This document shows positions 29,870 through 43,779 of a DNA stretch of 64,000 nt, piece after piece. The notes below the pieces were generated by a model. The model saw only the letters and a list, made by a program, of their open reading frames with translations, was not told the origin of the DNA and did not search any database. The first letter of the stretch is position 1, and every line of letters starts with the position of its first letter. This stretch comes from Neocallimastix sp. 'constans' (Eukaryota): positions 310,001 to 374,000 of the forward strand of contig JBODTK010000015.1 in NCBI GenBank assembly GCA_050613775.1, given 5' to 3'. The position numbers and the translations under genes were made by a program.

Positions 29870-31550
29870 TAGAAAGTGGCGATTCTACGTTGACTACCGA
29901 AAAGTTAACGATATGACAGAGAAAGAATTCTTATTCAGTTCCCGTTATAGATGAAATTTTTTTTTTTTAATAGTCTTTGGAGGAGCCAAAATATTTACCA
30001 ATCTTGATATATATATTTTCTAGTTTCCAACAAATCTTAATGGATAGATGAAAGAAATCGTTGAACTAACCACGTTCACCTCTAAGTTTGACAATTATCA
30101 ATTCAAAGCTATGCTTTTTTGGACATATTGGAGCTCCCTCCACCTTCCAAAAGAGAAATGAATAAAATTTTATTCCATTTTCATTAGTATATTTGTTTAT
30201 GACCTTATTGATGATGTTTTTTTTAATCTACTCCAAAAGTATCCAAGAACATTTAAAATTCATATTTAAAATAAAGTTTTTGAAGTTTTTTTTTTTTTTT
30301 AAAGAAAACAAGTTAAAAAATTAGTATTGATCTAAATATTAGTGCCATTTTCTTCAAATTGAAGTTAATGTTAGGCCACAAACTTACTACGAAAGGATTA
30401 AAGCCCAATGGAAAGCAAAATAATAAGTCATTAAAAAGTTGGGAAAGGCCCCTTCATCATCACTCCATGAATTATGATTATTTCTTGGAACAATAGGATA
30501 TGATGGTGACTTTATTCCTAAACCTAAATATGCTCAAATTACTTCACCCTTTATGTAAATTATTGTAGAAAAAAAAAACTAAGTAAGAATGAAATAAATA
30601 AATAAATAACAACAAGAAAGTTTTGAACTTTTAAAAGAAGAAAAAAAAAATTAATCCATGTGCCTATTCTGAAATTTCTTTTATTTTGACAAATTTTTCT
30701 ATTATTAGAACCGATGCTTTGAATAATGGAATTGGTGGAGTTCTCTTACAAAAAAAAAAAAAAAAGAAGAAGAAACGTGCAAGGAACATCCAATACACTT
30801 TATAAGTAGAAGTTTGAAGAAAATCAGAAAAGAATTAATAGTATTGTAGATTTGGAAGGAAGCGCTTTTTTTTTTTTTACTGTAGGACTAAATTTAAATC
30901 CTATATTGAAGGGAACCCCATTTCCCACCACTATTTACACAGATCCTAAACCATTCGTTAGTTTTATTTAAGAATAAAGAAACTTTGACCGTAAGACAAA
31001 CAAGATGGTGTCTAACTGTTAGTATACTTAAAAATTAATATAAAATATGAATCTGGGGAAAAAGAATGTTTTGGCTGTTTGCACTTTCAAGAATGAAATG
31101 TTAAGAAAGATCGAAATGTCCTATTTACCAAAATAACCAATGGAAATAATGAAGAATTATTATCTAAAGGAATAAAAGAATTTTTATCAACGGAAAAGTT
31201 TACAGTTATTGATAGAGAAGATTAGTTTATTGAAAATTGGAATTTATAGAAAAGTAAGAAAAGTAATAACCGATGAAAATGGAAAATTTAAATTAATCTT
31301 AGCAGATCATAGTATTGAAGTATTGACCACAAAGGATAAAATAAGACATATCATCAAAGACTCAAGAAAAATTTCTACAGGAACAATATGATTAAAGCTA
31401 TCCGAAGAATTATTAGTAAATGCGAAAAAGTGTCAATTCAACCGTCCTTAATCGTATCAGCCGAACCAACTGAAAACCATTCAACTTAAAGTAGAAGGTC
31501 CCTTTGTGTACTTAGGATTTAGATAATTATAGGACCTTTACCAAAAACAA
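29870..31550 (+). mobile_element. Decayed Ty3/Gypsy pol (RT-RNaseH-integrase start)
   Basis: GAKIFTNLD, GAPSTFQ, IRTDAxNNGIGGVL, HPIHFISRSL and GPFVYLGLD remnants; homologous to 55480-57466. Confidence 0.8.
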
Positions 31551-31562
31551 AAATAAAAAAAA

Positions 31563-32325
31563 TAAAAAAAAAAAAAAATTTTTCTTTCATTATTTTCAAT
31601 TTCATTATTTATTATTATTAGAAAATATTTATATATATATCAATAGATTAATATTGGTTTTTTTTTAAAAAAAAAAAAAAAAAAAACCTCAAAGCCACTG
31701 TTATTACCTTTGTAATTTATTAATATGATTATGATTGTTATTTTCATTAGTTTTCACAATGAAAATAGGGATTATCATTATCTGAATTAAAGTCGTCTGA
31801 GTTTTTCTATAGATATTCATTATAATATCAATATCAATACCAATAATGATATGAAAAATTCTTTTAATAATGAGAAAAAAGTTTTTTTTTTTTTTTTTTA
31901 TAAAAAGAATTTCTTTTTTTTTTTATTTTTATTTTTAATTTTTTTTTATCTGAGACACGATCGAGTCTTTTTAATATAAATAACTACATATATAGTTAAA
32001 AAAATAATATTAAGCAATAAAATTCTTAAAAATAAAATAAAGATATTAATAATAAGAAATTTTTATTACAAAAAATATTAATAATAATAATAATAACAAT
32101 AATTATAATAAAAACCATTGAGTAATTTCATAATTTCTCTTATGAAAAAATAATAATAATAACTTTATCAAGTTTAATAATAGTATTTTTTTTTATATAT
32201 CATTTATTCATTGTTACATATTCATTTATTAATCTATTGATATATATAAATATTTTCTAATAATAATAAGTAATGAAATTGAAAATAATGAAAGAAAATT
32301 TTTTTTCTTTTTTTTTTTTTTTTTA
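31563..32325. repeat. Inverted repeat pair (arms of about 90 bp, spacer of about 570 bp)
   Basis: TTTCTTTCATTATTTTCAATTTCATTA...TCAATAGATTAATA (31581-31653) is the near-perfect reverse complement of 32227-32298, extended by A/T runs. Confidence 0.8.
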
Positions 32326-33479
32326 TATAATTTATACAAAATTTTTATTAGTTTAAAAAAACTTTTACTTTATTATTACTATTTAATCAAAAGAAAGAAA
32401 GAAAGGGGGTGATTTGATTTTAGAAAAAAATATTTTACTGTTAACGACTTTTAATAAGAAAACTTAAAATAGATACATATATAAATAAATTGGATTAGAA
32501 AACAAAACATATATTTTGGTATTAAAAAATAAATAAAAATAATAAAATATATATATATAAATATATATAACATATTCTTATTAAAACCAAAAAAAAAAAA
32601 AAAAAAAAAAAAAAATTTAATTTTTAATTATAAATAATTATTATTTTTTTTTTTAATAAAATAGTAATTTTTTTATTTTATTTTTTTTTTATATTTTATC
32701 AAATAATAAAAATTTTCAATTTTAAGAATTTTATTTTATCCAAATTTTAATTAATCTATCACAACAACAAATATTTTTTTTATAAAACTAATTTAATATA
32801 CATATATATATTATATACTTTAATAAAATAATAATTTTAGTTTATTTTAATGTATTATTTATTTTTTTTTTTTTTTTTTATTTGATTTATATATAAAAAT
32901 TATAGTAAATACAAAAAAAATAAAAAAAATAAAAAATAAAATAAAATAATACATTATTTTAATACTAAATGTATTAATTATGTGATTAAATTTTATTTAA
33001 AAATTAAGAGCATTATATATAAATATAAAATAAATTAATAAATATATATTATATATAAATAAAAATAATAATAGTAAATAAAAATATGCACATATATATA
33101 TATAAATTTTTTATTATTATTACTAAATATATATTTATTAGGAATTATAATAATCTAATAGATTTTAAATAATATAAATAATATAATTAAAAAAATTTTT
33201 TTAATAAAATAGAATAAAATTGAGTAATATTTATTATATTCTACTTCTTCTTCTTTTTCTTCCTTTTTCAAATATATATTTTAAATATTATAATTTATAT
33301 ATATATATATATATACAAATTAACAAAAATAAAATAAATAAAGGAAATAAAAAAAAAAAATAAAAAAAGAATTTTATAAAAAATTAAAACCAAAAAAAAA
33401 ATTTTTTAATAATATTAAATTAAAAATTTCTTTAGTGATTTGGTTTTGCTACTTTTTTTTTTTTTTTTTTTTGTTGTTG

Positions 33480-36229
33480 TTATTTTTTAGTTGTTATTTT
33501 TGAAGTTTTTTTAGTAGTTGTTTTTATTGTTTTTACTGTTGTATTAGAGGTAGTAGAAGAACATTTACCAAATTCACTTTGACAACCTTTACCACAGTAA
33601 CTGGAAGATGTACCACAATAGCCATATTGACTGCAACATCTATTTTTAGCACAAATATAAATTCTATCTTCTTTTTTTCCACATTTATCATTGGATTCAA
33701 TGGTTGGAGTAGAAGATTTTTTTGTGGAACTTGAAATTTTTATCGTCTTAGTGGTCTTACTACTTGTTAACTTTGTAGTCTTTCTACTTGTTAACTTTGT
33801 AGTCTTTCTACTTGTTAACTTAGTGGTCTTACTACTTGTTAACTTTGTAGTCTTACTACTTATTGGCTTAGTGGTCTTACTACTTGTTAACTTAGTGGTC
33901 TTTCTACTTGTTAACTTAGTGGTCTTACTACTTGTTGGTTTAGTGGTCTTACTATTTATTGGCTTAGTGGTCTTACTACTTGTTAACTTTGTGGTCTTAC
34001 TACTTGTTAACTTAGTGGTCTTACTACTTGTTGGCTTAGTGGTCTTACTACTTGTTAACTTAGTGGTCTTACTACTTGTTGGCTTAGTGGTCTTACTACT
34101 TGTTGGCTTAGGGGTCTTACTACTTGTTAACTTAGTGGTCTTACTACTTGTTGGCTTAGTGGTCTTACTACTTGTTGGCTTAGGGGTCTTACTACTTATT
34201 GGCTTAGTGGTCTTTCTACTTGTTAACTTAGTGGTCTTACTACTTGTTAACTTAGTGGTCTTACTACTTGTTAACTTTGTAGTCTTTCTACTTGTTAACT
34301 TAGTGGTCTTACTACTTGTTAACTTAGTGGTCTTACTACTTATTGCCTTAGTGGTCTTACTACTTGTTAACTTTGTAGTCTTTCTACTTGTTAACTTAGT
34401 GGTCTTACTACTTGTTAACTTTGTGGTCTTACTACTTATTGCCTTAGTGGTCTTACTACTTGTTAACTTAGTGGTCTTACTACTTGTTAACTTTGTAGTC
34501 TTTCTACTTGTTAACTTAGTGGTCTTACTACTTGTTGGCTTAGTGGTCTTACTACTTGTTAACTTTGTAGTCTTACTACTTGTTGGCTTAGTGGTCTTAC
34601 TACTAGTCGTCGTAGTTGTTTTATTTTCAATAGAAGAAGTAGAGCATGTCTTATTTCCTGCATAGATACCACAACCAAAGTATTTATTATCTCTAGAATA
34701 AACAATATGTTTACCATTATTAACAAAAACATTATTATCATCCTTTTCTAAACCAGAAATGATTCCTTTTTCACCAAGATCAATTAAATATTGAAGCATA
34801 GATTTATAATCAAATTTTATATTAGAATTTTCACTCATAATAGTGGCGGCAATACCTGCTGTAATAGGTGATGAAAAAGAAGAACCATGGGAATGTTCAA
34901 ACGAAAGATCACTTTTTTCATCATATTTAATTAAGGATACGACAGTATATGGAGCATAAAGGTTAAAGGAAGGACCATAATTAGATCTTGAATGAATTAT
35001 GTATTCATTAGTGAAATCTTCCATATCCAAACCACCCACACAGATTACATTATCTAATTCGCAAGGATAATATCTATATTCAGCATTTCCACCAATTTTT
35101 CTATGATCATTTGCGGCACAAGCGAAAAAAATAGCGCCTTTTTTAGTAATTTCTTCTATTAATAAACGAAGCTGTCTAAAAAATAAAGACTCTGAATATT
35201 CTTTCAGTTCATACGAAAAAATAGAATAATTAATTATAGTTTTATGAGGACGAATCAAATTTTCCATGACATATTGTAATGCTCCAAGAACTTCTTCATT
35301 AGTATAAAAGCCATCACGATTATTTAAAGCTACACCATAAATATTAGCACGACTGGCAACACCATGCTTTATTCCACCTAAGGCATCCGATACTCGTTCC
35401 CCATGTTGAATACTACATATCCCACAATTTTTAGAGTCACTACTTTTTTTTAAAATACCATTTTTTACAACACCAAGACATTTAACTGTACGGTCATTCG
35501 TATTAGAAAATTCTGAATAATCAAAATGAAAACTGGAATCAACAATAATAACGTCAACATCTTTTCCAGCTGACGTTGGATAATAATAACTATCGTCATA
35601 GACATGAACAAGACTTTCATTAAAGCGTTCCTGAGAAATTAAGGAAAGGTGTAAATCTGCAGGATCTCGAATAGAAACATCTTTCCAATGTGTTTCACGC
35701 TTAATATCCTCTATATTGTAAAATTTTTCTGAAGCAGAATATCCATTTATTAAAATAGGAGTACAGTCAATAACATTATCTAAAGATTTAACACGTTTAA
35801 CCAATTCAACTGATAAATAGGCCTTAAGTATAGTACTTTTAGATACTGATGAAATTGGAAAAACAAATTCTGAATCCCCATAGCTTACAATCTCATCATT
35901 TTCCTTTCTTTTCTTTAGTTGAGCATTTCCTTCAATTTCCTTTAATTTTTTCTGATTTTTATATGTATCTTTATTATCAATAACCAAATTATGAATTTCT
36001 TCTACTAAAGATTCAACAAATACTATTGATTCATCACGTTTTCTATATTTATTTTTCGAAGAAGAAGTGATAGGAATATCACCATAGATATTATTAACAT
36101 AAATTAAATAATATTGATCTATATTTTTTGTATCTTGTTCCCCTTCAACAACTTTTGTATTAATAAAAACAAAATTTAAAAAAGAATTGTTACCCCTAGT
36201 AAGTAAGAAATATTATAAAAGTATTTCAT
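33480..36229 (-). CDS. Secreted S8 protease with a long Ser/Thr/Lys repeat linker and one CBM18; paralog of 6299-8755; 1-nt frameshift in the signal-peptide region
   Basis: ATG at 36229 gives MKYFYNISYLLGVTILF. One extra T in the run at 36178-36183 joins it to ...DQYYLIYVNN and the 835-aa ORF. Motifs VIIVDSSF, HGERVSDALGG, HGSSFSSPITAG and CCSQYGYCGTSSSYCGKGCQSEFGKC. Confidence 0.85.
33751..34603 (-). repeat. Coding minisatellite, 24-bp unit encoding (S/T)S(K/R)KTTK(L/P/A)(T/I)-type octapeptides, about 35 copies
   Basis: Tandem TTAGTGGTCTTACTACTTGTTAAC variants on the plus strand. Confidence 0.95.
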
Positions 36230-36685
36230 TTTTAATATAAATTAAATATTTGTTTTCTTATAAGATTACTTAAAATTTAATATGGTTTAAAAAAAAATAT
36301 CAATTTATCATATAGAAACTAAAATTATAAAAATAATTATAATAAAATATTATTATTATATTTATAAGTTTTTATTTTTTAAGAAATAAAAAAAAAAAAA
36401 ATAATTCGTAAATACAAATAATTATGTTTTTAATTTTTTGAAAAAAAAAAAACCTTCATTTAAAATAAAAATTATTATTATTATATTTATTATTACTATT
36501 ACTATTATTTATTATTATTATTATTATTATTATTTAATTATTTATTTATTTTCTATTTTATTTTTCAATTATTTTCAATTAGCTTTAATCACTGATGTAT
36601 GAATTATATTAATAAAAAAAAAATAAATAATTAAATAAAAAATTTAATAAAAATAAAAAAAAAAAAAAAAAAGAATTCTTTTTCT

Positions 36686-36719
<34 letters not shown>

Positions 36720-37568
36720 TTATTCATTTATAATTTATTTATTTATTTATTTATTTATCAATTTATTTATTTATTTATTTATTCATTTATAATTTATTTA
36801 TTTATTCATTTATAATTTATTTATTTATTTATTTATTTATCAATTTATTTATTTATTTATTTATTTATTTAAAGTTATACAGAAAAAATAAAAGAAATAA
36901 AGTTTTTTTATTATTTGAATTTTTTTTATTATAATTTCTTAGAGAGCTTTCCTTTTTTTTAAGACACATTTCTACACCTACATTCTATCTCCTACATACA
37001 TTCTACTTCTACATACATTCTACTTCTACATTTCTTCGCATATATTTCTATATCCTCCATTTCCATTTCTACATTCTATATCCTACATCTCAATACATAT
37101 TTTATAGGGTTTACGTATTTCTTCTACTTTCTTCTTTAACAGATACATCATATACTTTATTTTTAAGTTAAACTACGCATTCCATAGTTTATGCACTGCA
37201 GTTCTTAATCATTTCTGTGAATTTTATGTCTGTTGCTTCTTCTCTCTTCTGCGTCTATTTATGGAGTGCTGAATGAAGAAATCTAAAAATGCAAAGAATA
37301 ATCTTCCATCTTGGAAATCTATCAATCTTCAATCTATTCTCAATATATTTTTATATATTGTCTATATATGTTCAGTTCATGATTTATATTCAAAAAATAG
37401 TAATCTATTCATATATTCAATTTATTTGTTTTTAAAAAGATTAAAAAGTTTAATTTTTACTTAATATAGTAATTAATATTTATAATATCTAATTAAATAT
37501 AGAATAAATAATAAATAATAATAAAAAGAGTATTTATTATTAAATAATAAATAAATAATAATAAAAAG

Positions 37569-40500
37569 TATTAAAGAAATTTATTTAATTATTAATTATT
37601 CATACATTTATTTATTTATTATAAAATATTATATTGACGAAAGTCGCGAATTTTCGTCTAAAGAATAAACAAACATTTTTATATAAACTATATTATTATT
37701 TCACGTGAATAAACAAGAATAAAGAGATTATTTACATGCGCATGATAAATTTAATGATTTACATTTAATTATGTATTAACATAAATAATGTTAATTTACA
37801 TTTTAAGTTTAGTTTTTATATAAATATTTATGATTTATATTTTCTATTATTTAATTATAAACTTAAATTGTTAAGTTTATTTATTTATATTATTTAATAC
37901 TTTAACACTCCCCCTCAAATCAGTTTTCATTTGTAATGAAAATTTGATTTGCAAAGGTTGTCATTTTAGTTCCATTAACACATTTTGTTAATGTGTCAGC
38001 TAGCATTTTATCGGTACTGATATATTTTAATTTAATTAAATTTTTCTCAATATTGTCTTTATTAAAATGATATTTGATTGAAATATGTTTTAATTTTGGA
38101 TTTAATTCCCCATTTTCCATTGAAATTTTACTTGCATTATTATCAGTGAATAATGTTAGTGGTTTGTTAAATTTGAATAATTCATATAAGATATTTTTAA
38201 TTCTTAATAATTTCTTTATACATACTGATGCACTTATGTATTCAGCTTCTGCTGTTGATGTGGCGACAACTGACTGTTTTTTCGAAGTCCAGGATATTGG
38301 ATTATTTCCCATTAAGATAATATTACCTGACGTTGATTTTCTGTCAGTAACATCACCAGCGAAGTCTGAATCTGTGTAACCTACAATGTTACCAGTGCCA
38401 TCATATTTAATTTTATAATTTTTAGTGTCTTTTAAATATTGTAATATAGCTATAACTTTGCGCCAGTCAGATACTGTTGGATTTTCTGAATTTCTAGCGG
38501 CTTTATTAACTGAAAATGCAATGTCGGGTCTGGTACATTTTGATAAATATATTAACATACCAATTGCACTTTTATATTTGGTTTTGTCGAATGGTTGATT
38601 ATTTTCAGATTTAGTATTGTCACCAACACATGGTGTTCTTCTTACTCTTTGGTTGTTAATATTAAATTTTTTTTAGAATATTGTTTATAAATTGAGTTTG
38701 TGATAATGAATATGTTTTATTATTATTTTCGACTTTAATTCCTAATAAGTAGTCAATCGGTCCAGATTTTGAGATTTTAAATTTATTTTTAATTTTATTG
38801 AAAATTTTGTTAATTTCTTCCTTTTCGCCAGTAACAATCATATCATCTACATATAAGCCTATTATACAAACTAATTTTCTGTTAATAACTTTCTTAAAAA
38901 CACAACTTTCGGATTTTAGTTGCTCCATTCCTTGTTCTATTAAAAATTTTGAAATAGTTTTATACCACTGTCGGCCAGATTGTTTTAAGCCGTACAGTGC
39001 TTTGTTTAGTTTCCAATATCCCCTCCCAAAGTTAGGATCTCCAGGGGGAATTTTAACGTAAATGTCCTTGTCTAAATTCGCGTTGAGATACGCAGCTTTG
39101 ATATCTAATTGTAGAATATCCCATTTAAATTTAGCAGCGAGAGCGATAAGAAGCTTAAGACAATCAATATTTAAAGTAGGTGAGAAAGTCATTTCGTAAT
39201 CAATACCATATTTTTGAATAAAGCCTTTAGCAACAAAGCGGGCTTTATGTTTAATTACATGTCCAAGGCCATCGGTTTTAAGAGCGTAAACCCATTTGGA
39301 AGGAATAGGTTTCTTACCATCTGGAATAGTATTAACAAAAGTCATAATTTTATTGGAGTAAAGATTATCAAGTTCATTATCCATAGCTTTTTCCCATAGA
39401 ACATGGTCTTTGCAATTTGTGGCTTGGAAAAATGATTGTGGCACAAAATTTTCCAAGGAAGCAATAATTTTAGAATTAAAGTTTGATCTACGAAATTTTT
39501 GCGATTGGGAAGGTGTTAAATCGTCTGAAAGTGACCTTTTATGAAAATTAAAATTAAAATGATTATTATCATGTAAAAAATTATTTTTCTTAATTTTATA
39601 TTGATTATTTGAAAATAAATAATCGATATTTCCATTTTCAAAATTTTTATTATTTTTGAAATGAAAGTTACTCCTATGATGAGGTAAATTAATTCTATTG
39701 AAAGGATTAGTATTAAAAGAATTTTGGTTATCTATGTGTAATTCTTTAACACTTCTTCTGCCGTTAAAAGGGAACTTTTTGTCAATGTAAGAAGAGATAA
39801 TATTATTACTATTAAACATAGTGTTTCCTTGAGAAGAAGAAGGAAAATTATAATAATTTGAGTTTGATAAATTTTTTGATTGCAATATATTGTTAGTAGT
39901 ATTGGTAGATATATTATTTTTAATATTTGTTTCAGAAAAATTTTTATTAAAATTATCTATAATTATATTAGATTTATTAGAAGACATATTGGTTTGTTCA
40001 TTGACTTTTTCTTGATTATTAAATTTCATATTAATTAAGGTTTCGTCATTAATATCAAAAAATTTTTCTTCATCAAAAATTTCATTATTATTTTGAGTTT
40101 TAGAAATTCTAACTTTATTATTATTTGAATTTCCAGAAAAATTTTTCTCATGATTAAAATTATTATTTGATAAGGTTTCATTTAAATTTTTGTCTTTGTT
40201 TATTGAATTTTCTTCATTTTTTGAAAAATTTTTATTATCAGAAAAATTTTCATCAGATGAATTTTTGAAATTATCTTGATTTTTGACATTTTGGTCCTCT
40301 TCTTCTTGAATTTTTGTAGGAATGTCCTTACCGATATTATTAGAAATATTGGTATCATTTTGATCCTCAGTTGCTGGGCTTTTACCTTTGTCTTTTTTGG
40401 GTAAATGTTCGTTATTTGAATTTTTATGAATTTGTTCATTAAGTCCAGTAGGTAATTTCTTTGAAGAAGGTCCCAAATTTTTGTTATTTTTCTTGAAATT

Positions 40501-43217
40501 TCCGTTATATTTATTTTCAGAAGATTTGTCATTGTGATGGCTATGATCCAGATTGTCTTCCCCAGAAAATTGTGGTGAATTTTTTGAAAAATAGAAATCA
40601 AAGGCTAGAAAGTCTTGGTCCCCATATTGATTAATTTTATTATTTGCTAATTTAATATTAGCAGGAGTATCCTCAAGACAGTATATTTCTCTACAGTAGT
40701 GGATTGAATAATCGTGAAAATCCATAATGATGTAACTGTTTGATTTTTCACTAAACCCAAGAAAAATTCCTTTCTTGGAATTAGGTGAAAATTTTGATTT
40801 GTTTTGACTTCTGTCAATATAAAAAGAGATGCATCCGAATACTTTGATATGATTAATTTTTACTTTATTCATATAGAAGATTTCATCTGGAATTTTATTA
40901 TGAATTCCAGAATGAGGAACTTTGTTGTATATATAATTGGCATATAATATCGCGAAGTCCCAAAAATTTTCGCTTAGTCCACTCCAATATAGCAAGGTTT
41001 TTGCGCAGGAAACAATAGTTAAGTTAAATCTTTCGCATAATCCGTTATTTTCTGGATTATGCGGGGGAGAAAAAACCTTTTCTATTCCATTTTCATTGCA
41101 AAAGTAATCAATTTTCTTGTTTTTATATTCCTTTGAGTTATCAGATTTAAAAACTTTTATTTTATAATCTTTGTATTTATTATTTAACATTCTTAAGGTA
41201 TTAATGATGATGTCTGTAGCTTCTGATTTACTCTTCATAATAAAGACCCATGATTTTCTTGATACTTCATCTAGGATAGTTAGTATAAACCTTTTTCCTG
41301 TGTATGATGTGTTAATTGGACCAATAATATCCGAGTGGATAACTTCTAATATTTCTTTGGCTCTGGGAGGAATTTTATTGTGTGGATTGCGTTTCATTTT
41401 CGCGATTCTGCAATCGTCACACTTATCTAAGTTAATTTCATGATGGTTTAGGAAGTTTTTCAAATCTTCTTGGTAGAAATGGCCAAGCCGTCGATGCCAA
41501 ATTAGTTCTTCAGCATTACGAAAATTTTGAATTGCCATAATATTATTCTTAGAGTTTCTTTCGTTTTCAATATTGAAATGAGTAACTACAATTTTAACTT
41601 CATTGTTATTATTAGCTTGGAATGTGGCAATAATATTATAATTGTTATCTAAAATTCTGAGGATAATATTATTGTGTTTATCCTTTTCTGTCAAGGTTTT
41701 AACATCTTGTTTTGCCCATTCTATTCCACTAATAATATTTTTAGCTACTTCTTTTGAATATAATACTTTGTTAAATTTAAAATGATAATTATTAATAGTA
41801 AATTCAAATTCACCATGGCCTTCAAAATAGCAATAAGTATTATTTGCACATCTTAACTTTATTTTTTCTTTTTTAAAATTTTTAAGCAGACTTAGATCAT
41901 TAGTTATATGTTCACCATCACCTGAATCATATAACCATTCTGATGTTTCTTTTTTATTGTAATTAATATTAAAAATTTCATTTGTATTATTTGTATTTAT
42001 TTCCTTTTTATTAATATTATTTATAAAAATTTCTTTAGCTAAATTTAATTTATTTTCTACTCGTGTTATTATATTATTTTTAATTAAAACTTCATTTTTA
42101 ACGTCTTCTTTATCATAATTTATGAAACAATTTGATTTTTCAGATTCTTGATATTCATCTGAATCATCATCATCCACATATTTTCCTTTGCTTTTAGGAT
42201 TATAATATTTATAAAACATTGGGCGGATATCATCATACGATACATTTTCGTTGTATTCATTATTTAAATTAATGTATCTAACGACTCTTCCATTTTGCCC
42301 ATTATAATGTGGATGATAATTGTTTCTGTATTTTTGTTCATCTTGAATGTAGTACTTGTTATATAATCCTTTTGGATTTCTTGGATTATATTTACATTCT
42401 TTGGTGGAATGGCCTCCTTTTTCACATATTTCACAGAATTTATTATTATTGCTATATTTATTACTATTAAATTTATCTTTATTGTTTTGTTTACTTGGAT
42501 TTCCTTTTTTTGGAAAATTTTTATTATTGTTCTTGTTTTTTAAATTTTTCCTATCCTTGTGTCCAAGTTTCCCAGCATAATCTATATCCATCGGATCATC
42601 AGAGTCATTTCCATTTTGGGTAACATCGTCGACATAAATCCAGGTGTTTATGTCGTTTACGATGGTGGTCCTAAGATTTTCAGCATTTTCATTGCCATTT
42701 AATGTTATTTTCTTTTTGTAACTTGTAGGCAATGATTTTAATATGTATTTAACTTTTTCCTTTTCGGAAATATTATTTCCGGAAGATTCCATACCTTTAA
42801 ATAATTTAAATAGTCTTTTTAAGGTAAATGGAATATCTTCCTCTTTCTTAGCTTTTACTTCTCTTAATTTATTCATCCATTGAGTCATATCATTTTCATT
42901 GAGTTTGTACTCCCCTTCTAAATATTCGATTATTTCACGAGGGGTAGTCATTCCGATTATGTCCTCATGAATTTTGGTACATATGGTATTTTTTATGATG
43001 TAGCGGACTTTTGTATTATTCCTTCTTGCATTTTCTATATCGTCCGCATTACTATTTGTGGCCTTTTCTTTTTCTTTTACTACATCTTTTATTAGATATT
43101 CCTCTAAGCCATCCTTTTCGAGGACATCTTTCAAACTATCATACCATATGTTATAATTTTTGCCATTCAATATGGCTTCCTTTTTGAAAAATAAAGATTC
43201 GTTCATAAATATTTTAT

Positions 43218-43273
<56 letters not shown>

Positions 43274-43779
43274 AAATTAGTATTATAATGATTTTGTGTT
43301 TTATTAAAAACAATTTTGTGTTATATTAAACAATTTTATTTATATTTTATTTAATTATTATTTTATTTTATTAAAGATATTTTATATTATTTTATCTTTG
43401 TTTTATGAGAATGTTAAGAGTACAAATGAGACTCTTAATCTATTAAAGAAATTTATTTAATTATTAATTATTCATACATTTATTTATTTATTATAAAATA
43501 TTATATTGACGAAAGTCGCGAATTTTCGTCTAAAGAATAAACAAATATTTTTATATAAACTATATTATTATTTCACGTGAATAAACAAGAATAAAGAGAT
43601 TATTTACATGCGCATGATAAATTTAATGATTTACATTTAATTATGTATTAACATAAATAATGTTAATTTACATTTTAAGTTTAGTTTTTATATAAATATT
43701 TATGATTTATATTTTCTATTATTTAATTATAAACTTAAATTGTTAAGTTTATTTATTTATATTATTTAATACTTTAACA
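37569..43779 (-). mobile_element. Near-intact full-length Ty1/Copia retrotransposon
   Basis: 339-bp LTRs at 37569-37907 and 43441-43779 (one mismatch noticed); 5-bp TSD AAAAG; PBS 43426-43440; PPT GAGGGGGAG at 37916-37908. Confidence 0.97.
37920..43206 (-). CDS. Copia gag-pol polyprotein (gag, CCHC, protease, integrase, RT, RNaseH), split by a single homopolymer frameshift
   Basis: CEICEKGGHSTKEC, WLYDSG, WHRRLGH, HSDIIGP, SDN, NGLCER, YVDD, TDSDFA, ADTLTK. Removing one base from T8 at 38667-38674 fuses the 1514-aa and 212-aa ORFs (ILKKFNINNQRVRRTPC). Confidence 0.92.

Noticed and set aside
33691..34665. 324-aa hydrophobic Leu/Val ORF resembling a membrane protein
   Set aside because: Antisense shadow of the 24-bp repeat in the protease gene
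38662..38674. Programmed ribosomal frameshift
   Set aside because: It lies within RT rather than at the gag-pol boundary; a homopolymer indel is the simpler explanation
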